Source of the DNA: a plasmid
Sequence record: NZ_LC532224.1
DNA: 64,000 nt
Strand: one strand, 5' to 3'
The notes beneath the pieces were generated by a model that had not been told where the DNA came from, ran no database searches, and worked only from the letters and a program-made list of their open reading frames with translations. Position 1 is the first letter of the stretch; each line of letters opens with the position of its first letter. The position numbers and the translations under genes are program-made. This document shows positions 40,165 to 50,894 of the stretch, in pieces.

Positions 40165-40699
40165 GGGTTGCCCCCCTCTTTGTCAGCTACTTACCGGATT
40201 CGTAGGCCAGGATAGCAGATACCTCCCTTGTTCCGTCTTTCATCCGCAACTCGCAAAGCGAGTTTCGTGTGAGCCAGGTGAATATCAACAGCGTTAAACA
40301 AACTATTAATATGCACAAAACAATGGGTTGGTTCGGCATTTTCATGGCCTTCTTCTCCTTGCATTTAAGCAGGCAAGAGGCTACTCTGAATGTGACTAGC
40401 ATACAGGGGCCTCGGGTTAATTGAAAAATTACTCGGGGCTTTCTGCTTTTACCACAGTCAAACAGTGTTACCGCTGGCTGGGGCAAAAGCCTCCAGCACC
40501 AGCGTTATTATACCACCCTGCCCTGATCAGCCAAACACCCCGCCTACATAAATTACTGATTTTTCATTTATTTGACATGATTCACTTCCGGTTGTCGGCG
40601 AAAGTCATTTTATACTAAAGAAAAGGGTAACGGGCAGCTGCTGGGTCGGAACATACAGTGCAGTTCCTGCCCGTTTAATTTCCGGATGCAATGGTAGGA

Positions 40700-41305
40700 T
40701 CAGGAGGCACTGCTTCCGTTGATTAGGGAAATCTTATGTGCCTGAATACGGCTGTATTCGAGATGGGATGCAATATTACAGATGCGCTCCAGTCGATCAT
40801 GCAGCCTCGTGTAGGTCAGTCGATGAATACCGGACATTTCATCAAGTAGCCAGCGCTTGATGTAAGGGTTACAGGAAAGCCGGGCAAGATCGTCGTCATC
40901 CACTTCGTCAAAGAACCAGTACTGCTCCATCGGGACTACCTGAAATATCCACGGCCGGGGATAGTCCCCTGTGACAACCAAAAACCATGCAAGAAAGCAT
41001 AGACACAGCTCAACGACCATAAGCATCGAAAATTGCGAATAACTTAGACCGGGCACATAGGGTGAACTATCCGCAACATACCCCCTGAGCAATTCCGCCA
41101 CAAGGTAGCCCAATAGCGTCAAGGCCAGCATCAGGGTCAGGATTAATCCCCCATTAAACGCTACCGAAGCCTTTTGAACCCGATCAGGTGCTGTCCGGCT
41201 GCGATAGTTGGTCACTACTCTTTCTACAAGTGCCCTTATGGCAGCCTGTTCTTTACTGACATCAGCTCCGGAAAAACCGGACGGGCTTTTATTTAATTCA
41301 GTCAT
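40700..41305 (-). CDS. Integral membrane protein, 201 aa
   Basis: Three or four hydrophobic helices. Confidence 0.45.
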   Translation of the reverse strand: MTELNKSPSGFSGADVSKEQAAIRALVERVVTNYRSRTAPDRVQKASVAFNGGLILTLMLALTLLGYLVAELLRGYVADSSPYVPGLSYSQFSMLMVVELCLCFLAWFLVVTGDYPRPWIFQVVPMEQYWFFDEVDDDDLARLSCNPYIKRWLLDEMSGIHRLTYTRLHDRLERICNIASHLEYSRIQAHKISLINGSSAS

Positions 41306-41521
41306 ACCCCACTCCTGTTATGTGCTCTACTTAACAAACACGTAGATCATACAGAGCTCACGGACGCACTCCTGCCAGATAAAGGAGGGAATTTGGCTGT
41401 AAGACGGTTAGCCAACAGTTCAGGTTATGCGTGGGATCCGCCCAGTCAGAAAGGATTCCGTTAATAACAGGCAAGGTTAAAGGCAGATGGACGGTGAAAT
41501 TGTGGGTGCTAAAAGGGGGTA

Positions 41522-41803
41522 TTACTCTTTTTCCTGCATAGCGGTTTTTTCAGCCCGGGTGGCCAGACGAACATTTCCGAAAGGCTCACGGACAAGCAGT
41601 GGCTTCTCCTTCTTCCAGCCCCTGATAGCCGTTTCTCCAAACCGACGTGGTGCATTGCCGTTCCAGCGAGCAATCACATGGTTATCATGAATTTCAATAA
41701 TGACAACGGGGTGGACAATGACCGTTGAAATGGTGGTATTTCCCATTTTGGTACGGGTTACAGACCAAACCTGCATCCCGGATTCCAGCTGGCTGATTTT
41801 CAT
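41522..41803 (-). CDS. Hypothetical protein, 93 aa
   Basis: ORF only. Confidence 0.35.
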   Translation of the reverse strand: MKISQLESGMQVWSVTRTKMGNTTISTVIVHPVVIIEIHDNHVIARWNGNAPRRFGETAIRGWKKEKPLLVREPFGNVRLATRAEKTAMQEKE

Positions 41804-41948
41804 ATTATATCCTTAAGCCATCACGAACTGCGCCACAAACAATTAATGTGGCGCAATTTACCATAAACAATAAACATCAGATACCCGTGAAAAGATTTCC
41901 CTTTATTTTAAAATTCTTCTGGAGAAAAAATGATATTTCCAGAAGAGG

Positions 41949-42125
41949 TCAGCGAAATTCAGAAACGGCCATCACAATGGTGCTGCGCTGACGCTGGCGT
42001 TCTGCCTTGCGCTGCCTGCGGCGATAGATCTGTTTTGCGCTGACGTAAGGGCAGTCCTCACGGGTATACCAGCAGCAGCCGCAAGGTTCGGGCCGGGGTT
42101 TTCCGGCAAGTCCAAATGGTTTCAT
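41949..42125 (-). CDS. Small Cys/Arg-rich protein, 58 aa (not in ORF track, under 60 aa)
   Basis: RBS aaggtga before ATG; CGCCWYTREDCPY then basic tail. Confidence 0.25.
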   Translation of the reverse strand: MKPFGLAGKPRPEPCGCCWYTREDCPYVSAKQIYRRRQRKAERQRQRSTIVMAVSEFR

Positions 42126-42178
42126 CAAGTCACCTTTTTAATGTTTTTAATGGAAAGATACTTACCTAACCCATTGTT

Positions 42179-42490
42179 TTATAGGAAATAACGTTGTTGC
42201 ATAAACAGATACAGATAACCCTCAGGAGAAAACATGCAAAGGTTATCAGTGATAACCGCGTCCAGATACCGAGTGTCAGTCTGTAAACGTTTTATCACCA
42301 GAAAATGTGCTGCCGCAGCCTTAATGCCAGAACTACCGTTTACAACATTATGTATACCCGCTTTGAATAACGAACGAGCATGAATTACCTTTTCCCGGGC
42401 CGCTTCGATCTCAGCATTAATAACGCATTGCCGCGCCTGGATGACTGCCTCTCCGGTTAAATCGCGGAAATTCATTAGAGATGTGATCAT
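42179..42490 (-). CDS. Hypothetical protein, 103 aa
   Basis: RBS ggagag; ORF only. Confidence 0.4.
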   Translation of the reverse strand: MITSLMNFRDLTGEAVIQARQCVINAEIEAAREKVIHARSLFKAGIHNVVNGSSGIKAAAAHFLVIKRLQTDTRYLDAVITDNLCMFSPEGYLYLFMQQRYFL

Positions 42491-42712
42491 GATTGACTCT
42501 CCAGATTATGTGGAATCATTATAACAACTGGCACCACGCCACAAATAACCTGAGATAAATTCTTTGAAATATTCCTATATATAAGGAATTACAGTCGGAA
42601 AAGAAACAATGAAATAGCGCCGACCGCTTAAAATCGATAAATTAAAATGGACGGCACTGGAATGAAAAACTGAAAGTAGTAAGACCGTAATTATCCTTCA
42701 CGGATGTAAGCT

Positions 42713-42913
42713 TTAAAAGAGGAGTACTGGCAAAGCTTTGCCAAGTACTTCGGCGGTTGTGTCTACGATTTTACGGATGTCATCGATCTGCGAAGGCTTA
42801 TTCAACACCACCGTAAAAAGCTCTCCTTCGTTATCAGCCTGCTCGCAGTTTCCGTATCGGCTCCCGTCGTACAGCTGCACAATACGTGACATAGAAGACT
42901 TTGTTTGTTTCAT
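42713..42913 (-). CDS. Hypothetical protein, 66 aa
   Basis: ORF only. Confidence 0.3.
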   Translation of the reverse strand: MKQTKSSMSRIVQLYDGSRYGNCEQADNEGELFTVVLNKPSQIDDIRKIVDTTAEVLGKALPVLLF

Positions 42914-42952
42914 GGCTTTGCACCTGCTTTTAGGCAGTTTGGTTACTGGTTA

Positions 42953-43177
42953 TCAGAAGCTGGTTTCATGCGCTTCCGGCTGGGACACGAACTGGTATTT
43001 GACGCCGCCAGGCACACCTACTGCTTCGGCAATAGAGTCGCAAAGCCGCGATAAATCATTTAGTGTCATCGGATATTCAATATCTACTGAATATAAAGCA
43101 CCTGCATTTTCAGCATCTTCGATGTTTTTATACTGGGCACTAAATATAGCAATGGTCTGAATTTCGTGGTTATGCAT
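42953..43177 (-). CDS. Small conserved protein, paralogue of 51460-51699 (shared core DIEYPMTLNDLSxLCxSxAxAVGxPGGxKY)
   Basis: Two copies about 8.5 kb apart share an alignable 35-aa core (about 70-75 percent identical). Confidence 0.45.
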   Translation of the reverse strand: MHNHEIQTIAIFSAQYKNIEDAENAGALYSVDIEYPMTLNDLSRLCDSIAEAVGVPGGVKYQFVSQPEAHETSF

Positions 43178-43231
43178 GAACCGGTCCTTATTAAATTATA
43201 AAAGCCACCCGAGAGTGGCCTGAGTGGAAAC

Positions 43232-43435
43232 TTAAATCTGTGAAGTATATTTGAGAGATTTTTTGCGATCCAGATGCCGGGCAACAATGGTTCCGATAAC
43301 AAGTAGCGTGATGACCGCACTGAAGAAGGTGCTGTCAGGGACGCCCTGGAAAAAATCACTGAAACTGTAAACAATAAAAATCAATGCGCAAAAATAGAAA
43401 ACGATACGAACATAAGGGGTAAAAAACATTTTCAT
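43232..43435 (-). CDS. Small membrane protein, 67 aa
   Basis: RBS ggaaggcaaccgATG; two TM helices. Confidence 0.35.
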   Translation of the reverse strand: MKMFFTPYVRIVFYFCALIFIVYSFSDFFQGVPDSTFFSAVITLLVIGTIVARHLDRKKSLKYTSQI

Positions 43436-43572
43436 CGGTTGCCTTCCATTCAGGGAGAATTCTCAGTAATTACATCACACCTGAAGAGAAACTATTTTCG
43501 TATAAATGAGCATTTTCGACATATCAGAGGGGGGTTTTACTCATAAATGAGGTAGTAAGGGTCACACTTGAG

Positions 43573-43592
43573 ATGAAAGTTACTTTCCTGGC
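43573..43592. promoter_or_regulatory. Palindromic motif copy gatGAAAGTTACTTTCctgg
   Basis: Motif family member; upstream of 43232-43435. Confidence 0.5.
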
Positions 43593-43614
43593 TGCGAACG
43601 AACTATCTCAAATG

Positions 43615-43908
43615 TTAGAGGTGTGCGTTCGCCTTAAGAGCTTCATGCCCTGAGGAGCTCAACTTGAGCCGATAGTATAAACCTGGCTCCAGATGCCTTA
43701 CTGGCTGGCATAACTCCACGAGGCCCAGCCGGAACAGGACCGGAGAGCTCCTGCACGTCACATCATCAGGATTCCCCATAAACGTACGCCGTTCTCTGGC
43801 CCGTCTGAAATTGCCAGAGATATCATAGATCGTGCCGGATGCCATCCGTCTTAACACGTAAATCTGCGCCCTTGTAAGCTTCTGGGCGGAACTGCTTAAA
43901 CCTGACAT
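43615..43908 (-). CDS. Hypothetical protein, 97 aa
   Basis: ORF only. Confidence 0.3.
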   Translation of the reverse strand: MSGLSSSAQKLTRAQIYVLRRMASGTIYDISGNFRRARERRTFMGNPDDVTCRSSPVLFRLGLVELCQPVRHLEPGLYYRLKLSSSGHEALKANAHL

Positions 43909-43987
43909 ACCTTCCCGGCCTTATATAAAACAATCCGCCAGCAGCTCGACTGGCGGACAATGTTTGACTGGATACAGCAAGGACATA

Positions 43988-44479
43988 CTATTTGCTGACA
44001 AGTTTGATATTGGTTTCACTCATTCGAAGTCGAAACTCCTGAAAACCCTGCTCTACCGCTAACTCCAGCCACTCAACGGGAATGGTATAGCTACAATCAG
44101 ACCCACCCAAAGCGGCATCACAAGCGTAATCCCAGTCCTCATCCAGTTTTGGATTCATCCCCTGGGCGTAAGCCACAGTATCGCGGGATGCGGGAGAGCC
44201 CTCAAGCTCAGCATTAGTGATCAGGTATACACCATGACTGTGCGCGAGAAGCACTTTTGGCACCAGATGTGTGCTGGCAATTTTTGAGGATGAGGGAAAG
44301 AAAACCCTACCAGCTTTACGCGCCTCTTCTTCAGTCTGTCCCTCAGCGTTAAGGAGGGCTCCCCCCGGATAGCATGCCGGGTCATAGATCTGATCTGGGG
44401 TGACCGAAAACGTTTTTGCGGTGCGAATTTCTTCGATCAGTTTATTGATATCTGCCATTTCAAATACGAGAGTGGTCAC
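43988..44479 (-). CDS. Hypothetical protein, 163 aa
   Basis: Operonic with 44484-44831. Confidence 0.45.
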   Translation of the reverse strand: MTTLVFEMADINKLIEEIRTAKTFSVTPDQIYDPACYPGGALLNAEGQTEEEARKAGRVFFPSSSKIASTHLVPKVLLAHSHGVYLITNAELEGSPASRDTVAYAQGMNPKLDEDWDYACDAALGGSDCSYTIPVEWLELAVEQGFQEFRLRMSETNIKLVSK

Positions 44480-44483
44480 AGGC

Positions 44484-44831
44484 TTACTCTCCCTCTTCAG
44501 TGGACAACATCAGATACTTTGTTGCCAGCAGAAGCTCTCCCACATCCTTGAGGGACAATTCAGCTTTGCCTTCTACGGCAAGCTGCAAGCGCTGTCGAAT
44601 TGCATGAACAGAATCTGAAGATAAAGATGCCATTTTGCGCAAAACGGCATTAGCCTTTTCTACAGCAGGATACAGAATTTCTGAGTTGGTATTATCTTCG
44701 TCATTATCAAAGATAATTTCAGAATCCATATTGATGTTATCTTCAAGCCAGCTTGAAAGCACTTCAAGTAATGACATCACCTTTTCAATTTGCATATCGC
44801 CTCCTCTGTTAACATGAAACAAATATAACAA
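44484..44831 (-). CDS. Hypothetical acidic protein, 115 aa
   Basis: RBS ggaggcgatATG. Confidence 0.4.
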   Translation of the reverse strand: MLYLFHVNRGGDMQIEKVMSLLEVLSSWLEDNINMDSEIIFDNDEDNTNSEILYPAVEKANAVLRKMASLSSDSVHAIRQRLQLAVEGKAELSLKDVGELLLATKYLMLSTEEGE

Positions 44832-45311
44832 AGTGGCTTACCCGGCTAATAACCTGAGCAGAAAGTTTTCGAACTTAGTTTGAAAACAAGTTTTCTGCTC
44901 AGGTTAATGTTAAAGTCGCTGGGTAAAAGATAAAAGGCACTGAAGATGATTTAAGCATCAAACAGACTAAATAGGATTCCGTCTTTTATAACGCTTTTAA
45001 AATAGAATGAATGAAATATAAATTTTGCGTTTAAGAATGAACGCTGTAGAGGATGATTTATCCAGTGATATGCAGTTTGTGGCCTTTAAAAAGGCTTTAT
45101 TATGGACTTGAATTGCAAAGAGAGCACCGACATTTTTCTGGGGGCTCCCGCAGAGAAAAAGCTGTGAGGTTATGAAGACGTATAGGAGGTATTCGGCGAA
45201 ATACTGTATGGCCACAGGAGAGCTTCAGCACCCATATCCTGCCGCCTCGCTCGCCTGTGGTGATTTCAATATGTTCTACGTCATACCACGTAGTTGTATT
45301 TCTCACTTTGT

Positions 45312-45632
45312 TTATGCTTCCTGACACCGCGTGAACGCAATCTTCGTCTGGATGCGTTCATAGATGGAAAACTGCCTTTCAATGGAATCGGCATTAGACA
45401 GTAATTCATGAAGCTCAGCAGAATCTGTATCAGGAACGATAGCGACAGAAACTCCATATTTACGCCCAGTTCTGATCAGGTGCGCAAGTTTTTCCTTCTC
45501 TGATTCTGTGAGCATTGCCAGATCCCTTCCGGATACCTGCTCGATAAATGGACCAAGGTTTTTCGGAAAAAAGGGTTCGGCATCAGAATTATGTACCGGG
45601 AGCGTTTGCGGCTTATCGAAGCTATTGGACAT
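45312..45632 (-). CDS. Hypothetical protein, 106 aa
   Basis: ORF; motif copy about 150 bp upstream. Confidence 0.4.
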   Translation of the reverse strand: MSNSFDKPQTLPVHNSDAEPFFPKNLGPFIEQVSGRDLAMLTESEKEKLAHLIRTGRKYGVSVAIVPDTDSAELHELLSNADSIERQFSIYERIQTKIAFTRCQEA

Positions 45633-45780
45633 GAAAAGAACCTTTATAGTTAGAGAGGTGGAGACTGAATGCGTAGCCCATTAAAATTAGTAGTGCCACA
45701 CTCGAATGCTAATCATACTTTATGATGGCTATGGTAGGAATGGCCGTCAACTTAAACCGCCAGAAGCGAGCCATTCACCG

Positions 45781-45796
45781 TTAAAGTAACTTTCCC
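45781..45796. promoter_or_regulatory. Palindromic motif copy ttAAAGTAACTTTCcc
   Basis: Motif family member; upstream of 45312-45632. Confidence 0.5.
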
Positions 45797-45810
45797 GTAT
45801 GATGTTCTTT

Positions 45811-46041
45811 TTATGGAATGAGTTGTTCACACTCCTCTTTAAGAGCCGCCCTGGAACGAGATCGACAGACTTTGCTTAATGAAGAGCGTAATTGATGTTC
45901 ATCAACCCCATCAGCGACAAACTGACCAATTTTCTTTTCAAGACGCTGCATTGCCTCATAAAGCTTGGCATCAGTATTATTTTTAAGAAACCTCAGTATA
46001 TAATCAGCAATAATTTGAACAGGAGTAAAGTTACACATCAT
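45811..46041 (-). CDS. Hypothetical protein, 76 aa
   Basis: ORF only. Confidence 0.3.
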   Translation of the reverse strand: MMCNFTPVQIIADYILRFLKNNTDAKLYEAMQRLEKKIGQFVADGVDEHQLRSSLSKVCRSRSRAALKEECEQLIP

Positions 46042-46185
46042 GTATCCTTAATAAGTTGTGTAAAAATAAAACCATAAAAAACATAATCAGAAGTAGATTA
46101 TTATACTTGAGTAAGCTTTTCAGCTAACAAGCTGGAGAAGCAGATTCCGGTAAATTACTACATATTTGATAAAAGTTACTGAATA

Positions 46186-46212
46186 AAAAAGCCCAGCGTA
46201 CCGGGCTTTCAT
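46186..46212 (-). terminator. Rho-independent terminator of the kla operon (minus strand: aaagcccggtacgctgggcttttttatt)
   Basis: Hairpin plus T-run immediately after the klaC stop. Confidence 0.5.
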
Positions 46213-47106
46213 TCAATTTGATTCTAAGAATCTGACTCGCCGCCTGATTTTTATACCAAGAAGAGCGAACAAAACGCCAACGAATGCGACGGGACTACCT
46301 ACTTTAAGACAATTAACCGACGCTTTTGAAAAGGTATGTGATTTAGACATACGTTTTTGCTCATAACGAATCGCAAGTGGTGAGACGGATTTATCTAAAG
46401 CTGTCTTTTCCAATGCATAACGAACTTTCACGGGAATATTTGACTGTAATACACCAGACATATACGCCCTAACAACATTCTGTGTTAACTTCACATCTGG
46501 CTTGCCGAGTTTTATATGTAGTTGCGCCTTTAAATAGTTTACAGATACCTCTTCGCCTGAGGGCCAATTACTATCATTTAAATATGCGACAAGTTTATCG
46601 TATTTTTCATGTTTTACATATTTCTTGATAACCTTTACAGTCGAAGCTGAAGTGGCATCAGTCTCTTCCGAACCTAAAGCAGATGTAAAAACTGACAAGC
46701 CGATAAGAAAAGCGCCAGCAATTAGAAGCATCGGGAATATCTCACCTATTTCCTCCCCCTTTAAAATTTTAAAGGCAGTTGAAGAAACTACTAATAGCCC
46801 CATAATCCCTAATAGCAACTTAGAATATGTAGTTAGGAAGCCTCCAAATGCATCGCCAAAATCCGAAACCACTAACTTATCTTCACCTTCAGATGAATTG
46901 AAGAATGACAAGGGCACATCAATATCAAAGTCCAGAACTGAAGGTGAGAGGTGTAATGACAGCAACCACAAGCAAAGACCAAAAATCATTATCAGCAGGC
47001 CCGCACCAAATATCGCGAAACCTGAATTTCTAATCTTTATAGACCGGTGAAAAAGAAATGACAGTTCACGGGAAAAATCGTCACTACTCTTAAGGTTACG
47101 CACCAT
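46213..47106 (-). CDS. klaC: KlaC/TelB-like integral membrane protein of the kilA/tellurite-resistance operon
   Basis: Polytopic membrane protein as third gene after klaA-klaB(telA); size about 300 aa as in RK2 KlaC. Confidence 0.55.
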   Translation of the reverse strand: MVRNLKSSDDFSRELSFLFHRSIKIRNSGFAIFGAGLLIMIFGLCLWLLSLHLSPSVLDFDIDVPLSFFNSSEGEDKLVVSDFGDAFGGFLTTYSKLLLGIMGLLVVSSTAFKILKGEEIGEIFPMLLIAGAFLIGLSVFTSALGSEETDATSASTVKVIKKYVKHEKYDKLVAYLNDSNWPSGEEVSVNYLKAQLHIKLGKPDVKLTQNVVRAYMSGVLQSNIPVKVRYALEKTALDKSVSPLAIRYEQKRMSKSHTFSKASVNCLKVGSPVAFVGVLFALLGIKIRRRVRFLESN

Positions 47107-48208
47107 GATCTACCCCTTTTTGTGTCAGTCGGGTGCGCAAATTCTCACGCATGGCAAGAACCTGTTTTTCTGTTTCCCTGAGCTTAATAGCCCCTTCTCT
47201 CTGGATTTTAACAACATCGCCAACCGTCTGGATAAGCGTATCCTGCACCTCTTTAAGGGTGCTTATATCAATAACCAGCCGTTGGTTTGCTTTCATAGTT
47301 TCTACTGCATTGCGATGCAGTAATTTTGCATTACTACGGAGTAACTCATTGTTGGCATTATCGATATCATTGGCAAGATTTACAGCGTTACGCTGTCCAT
47401 TTAGAGAAATGGCTAACAGAAACTGACGCTTGAAATTAGGGACAGTAACCTCTTTGACGCTATGAAACTTGTCGATAAGACTTTGGTTATTTGCCTGTAT
47501 AATCCGTACCATTGGCAATACTTGCATAGCAGACTGCTGAGAAACAACTAAATCGCCAATACGTTTTTCTAAATTAGCAATTAGCGTATCCAGATCAGAT
47601 ACTTCCTGGAACTTAGCAGGATTGTTACCAACATTAGCTCTGAGATTTTCTGCTTTTAATTGTAATTCTCCCAGCCTTAATTTACCGGCAGCAATATGTA
47701 CACCTGTTAAGTGGTGTTCTTTAACGACTTCATCAAACATTTGCTGGAGCGAAATATTATTAGAACCGAGGCTATTCTGTGTAACTGAAACCTCTGAAAC
47801 CAGAGCATCGATTTGTTCACGAGTTGATTCAAACTGTGCGGCGAAATTCTTCCCACGGGTGCGGATTTTATCCAACAAAGGGCCAATAACTGGCAGATTT
47901 GAACGACTTTCAGTTAAGTTCGAGATGTTTACATTTCTTGCAAGGTTGATAATTTCAGTTAATTTGCTCCCGGCTTCGTCTAAATCTTTATTGCGAATTT
48001 GCTCAAGCAGGCTATCCGCATAATTAGCAGTGTTTTCCCCCATTGCCCGGCCAAAACGATAAACTGTTCCTGGATCATCGGCATTAATGCATTCCGCGAC
48101 GGCTTTAATCTCTTGTTCATCTTGCTCATTCAGCCCGAACTTTTCCAGTTCAGCGGAAGTCAAAGTAAAAGCAACAACCTCAGTTTTGGTGGTCAAATTA
48201 TTAATCAT
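47096..48208 (-). CDS. telA: TelA/KlaB toxic anion (tellurite) resistance protein
   Basis: 370-aa coiled-coil protein with TelA-family sequence signature; synteny klaA-klaB-klaC. Confidence 0.7.
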   Translation of the reverse strand: MINNLTTKTEVVAFTLTSAELEKFGLNEQDEQEIKAVAECINADDPGTVYRFGRAMGENTANYADSLLEQIRNKDLDEAGSKLTEIINLARNVNISNLTESRSNLPVIGPLLDKIRTRGKNFAAQFESTREQIDALVSEVSVTQNSLGSNNISLQQMFDEVVKEHHLTGVHIAAGKLRLGELQLKAENLRANVGNNPAKFQEVSDLDTLIANLEKRIGDLVVSQQSAMQVLPMVRIIQANNQSLIDKFHSVKEVTVPNFKRQFLLAISLNGQRNAVNLANDIDNANNELLRSNAKLLHRNAVETMKANQRLVIDISTLKEVQDTLIQTVGDVVKIQREGAIKLRETEKQVLAMRENLRTRLTQKGVDHGA

Positions 48209-49014
48209 TTTTGGAATCCCTCTAAATTTTGTCGCAGGCTTTTTAGAAGAGCCTCGTGGGCCTGATTAGCTTTTCTAACAATCGTAGGGTCAGTGTTATT
48301 TACTGATAACAGCGAAAGTGTGTGTTGCCGCCATACTGGAACCAGGACTTTTATAGTTTCGTTAAAGCGGTCAGCAATATCTATACAAGTCCCGCGAGTG
48401 ATTTCCATCTGCATGGCGGCCATTTCATGAGACGCAAGCAGTGTTGCCAGGTTAGCTAAACGTCTGGCAAATCTTTCCCTCGGTTTATCGAAGACAAGGC
48501 TTAGATCGTCACTATTTTTTTCTTCGGTAGAATCCCTAAGGAACTCATGGCCTGCCTGGATAAAAATTTTAAGGCGTTTGATTTCTGACACATATGTTTC
48601 AAGCAGCTCTTCTAAAGCCAGTAGCGTCTCATTCACATGTGTCAGATATCCGTTCCCCTCATTAATAAGATTTTCCACCTTCTCACGTGCGTGTTGGTAA
48701 CGAACGCGCTTTTCAAGGTGTTTGCCCGTAAAGCGGGAAAACCAGGATGGATTGCTACTGATAGAACGTGGATCTGCCTCCGCTAAGGCACTTACGATAC
48801 GGTTCAAGGCTCCTGATAAAGCGGTAACTGCGTCTTTCTCCAGAAGATTTGAATACTTATCCATAGCCTTCGAAGATAAAGCCGAGTCGCCGTAATGGCT
48901 TATTGCCCCAGCATTAAGCAGAAGACCGGGTATAAATTCTTCTTTGAGTTCTGCTATCGATATGTTGCTGCTGTCAGTTGAAACGTTCATTTTTGCCTCA
49001 AAATGGTTATCCAT
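48205..49014 (-). CDS. klaA: KlaA-like protein (first gene of the kilA/tellurite-type operon)
   Basis: 269 aa, overlaps the telA start (ATGA); assignment by synteny and size. Confidence 0.5.
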   Translation of the reverse strand: MDNHFEAKMNVSTDSSNISIAELKEEFIPGLLLNAGAISHYGDSALSSKAMDKYSNLLEKDAVTALSGALNRIVSALAEADPRSISSNPSWFSRFTGKHLEKRVRYQHAREKVENLINEGNGYLTHVNETLLALEELLETYVSEIKRLKIFIQAGHEFLRDSTEEKNSDDLSLVFDKPRERFARRLANLATLLASHEMAAMQMEITRGTCIDIADRFNETIKVLVPVWRQHTLSLLSVNNTDPTIVRKANQAHEALLKSLRQNLEGFQK

Positions 49015-49584
49015 GACAGCCTATCATTTACCGTTCTGCTGATTTTTCGGTTAAAGCGCCAAAACCTGGGTTTATCCGTTTTCGAGGCAAAAAAATAGAA
49101 TCTGATCCTCACGTAACCCTTTGCCATTCTGATTAAAGGAGAAGTCCCCTACTGTCTGTGCACTGAATTCAGCACTGGATGAAGTTAGGACATGAAGTGC
49201 ACATAGATCCCCTGCTTGACCTACCAATCACCGCCTTCAATGTTTAGATCTGGTGACCTTACAGCGACCATTTCTCTAACCGGATGGTCATTGTTGTCGT
49301 GGCTGCTCCCCAACAGCAGGCTTACCGTTCCGCTGGCAGAGTAATACATCGCGTCAGGAAAGTGCTCCCTGACCTCCTAAAGCAATTTGTTCATGCTGTT
49401 AGTTAAACGATAAAAGCGTCGGGCTGCGTTCGGCATAGCTTCTTCCAGGAGGTCAGAAGCATCAATCTCACGGCCGTTTATAACGCGGAGAATATCTTGC
49501 TCATCCATAGGTTACTCCCAGGCAATAAATCAAAGTGGCCAGGCAAAAGGAGACTCGCCTGGCATCAAAAAGAATAAAAGGTCG

Positions 49585-50241
49585 TTACGAACTGATAATG
49601 ATGGCCTGGTCAGTTTGAGGAAGTCGGTTTCCTCTGATGAATGCTGGATGGCTTAAACGAGCAGATGACATGGTCATCGCCAGAAATGTCTCTTCACGCG
49701 AACGCAGCAATTCCCCCCATGAATAGGTTTCCCATACGTCGTGGGAAAGATCGGATTCCTTTATGTACCTTGACTGCATTGTTGGTTCAAAATCGACGGG
49801 AGCTAGACTGTCATAGGATGGATGTACACGGTACCCCAATTCTTCCTCCCTCTGATGGTATGCATGTGCCAAAAGGACATCATGGGAGACCAAGTCATAG
49901 TCTTTGTCCTGAACGAGCGTTTTTACGGTATGACTAATTTTTCCAAAGCCTTCAATTTCCCAGATTGTTATCATTGTGAACTCAGTTAAAGTCCGTGGGC
50001 TTTTTACCAGAAAGCCATTTAATGCACGTCGCCCCTTCAACATGACAACGTGGTAGGACTTGTTGGGATAAGGTTTCATTGCCACCAGCGAATCAGCTTT
50101 AAGCTCAAGTGACAATTCAGGTACAGAAACTGACACGAGAGTACACTTGTTTTTCATATGGTGAAGAATACGGGGCACAAGATGCAGATACATCATTTTC
50201 TCCTTTGAAGGATATACCAGGCAGCTCCTCAGCAGCATCAA
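49585..50241 (-). CDS. Hypothetical protein, 218 aa
   Basis: ORF only. Confidence 0.4.
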   Translation of the reverse strand: MMLLRSCLVYPSKEKMMYLHLVPRILHHMKNKCTLVSVSVPELSLELKADSLVAMKPYPNKSYHVVMLKGRRALNGFLVKSPRTLTEFTMITIWEIEGFGKISHTVKTLVQDKDYDLVSHDVLLAHAYHQREEELGYRVHPSYDSLAPVDFEPTMQSRYIKESDLSHDVWETYSWGELLRSREETFLAMTMSSARLSHPAFIRGNRLPQTDQAIIISS

Positions 50242-50306
50242 AATATTTAAATCACTCTTTAATTAGTAAACCACTGCTGATTAACTTCTTTTATGTTTCA
50301 CAGAAA

Positions 50307-50873
50307 TTATTCGTTTTGTTTCTGTTCGTTATACTGCTCAAACCAGAAGACGACCGGTTTTTCTACAATATGAAGCAACCCAAAACGTTCTGCGGTACGG
50401 AAATACACGCTATATGCGCGAGCCCGTTCAACCTGTTTGGTAATTTCTTTTCTCATTCCTTCAACACTAAAAGCTCCTTTAAAAAGGTTGCAGGGGGCGC
50501 ATGATGGAAATAAGTTTTCTATAGCATGCAGTTCAGGGTGCATAACCTTACCCGTACTTCGGGCAACATGAGTTACGCCGCTGCCGACAGGGGCTCTCAC
50601 CAGTTCAAAGTCGCGTCGAACAGGCTCAACATGATCGGCATGCCACCCTTTTTCAGGAAGCTTGCAACCACAATAGGCACAACGCCCCCCAAATTTCATT
50701 CGCAGCTCAGCTCGCTGTATTTTAGAGATCTTATTTTTAGGTTTTGAGAACCTACCATCAGGTGATTCAGCTTTGGATAACTTTGCTGAGGGCTCAGGTA
50801 ATTCAACTAAATTCCCGTTGATATTTATCACCTTGACCATATCATTTTCCGCCTTTACTAAGCTCACGGGCAC
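50307..50873 (-). CDS. HNH endonuclease (CxxC...HxxH...CxxC zinc-finger HNH)
   Basis: CAYCGC...HADHVEP...HPELHAIEN...CAPCN motif. Confidence 0.6.
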   Translation of the reverse strand: MPVSLVKAENDMVKVININGNLVELPEPSAKLSKAESPDGRFSKPKNKISKIQRAELRMKFGGRCAYCGCKLPEKGWHADHVEPVRRDFELVRAPVGSGVTHVARSTGKVMHPELHAIENLFPSCAPCNLFKGAFSVEGMRKEITKQVERARAYSVYFRTAERFGLLHIVEKPVVFWFEQYNEQKQNE

Positions 50874-50894
50874 AGGAACTGGCTTAAGTAACCG

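Noticed and set aside
42738-43160. 140-aa plus-strand ORF overlapping the paralogue small-protein gene
   Set aside because: The conserved paralogue is on the minus strand and duplicated elsewhere; the plus ORF has no support.
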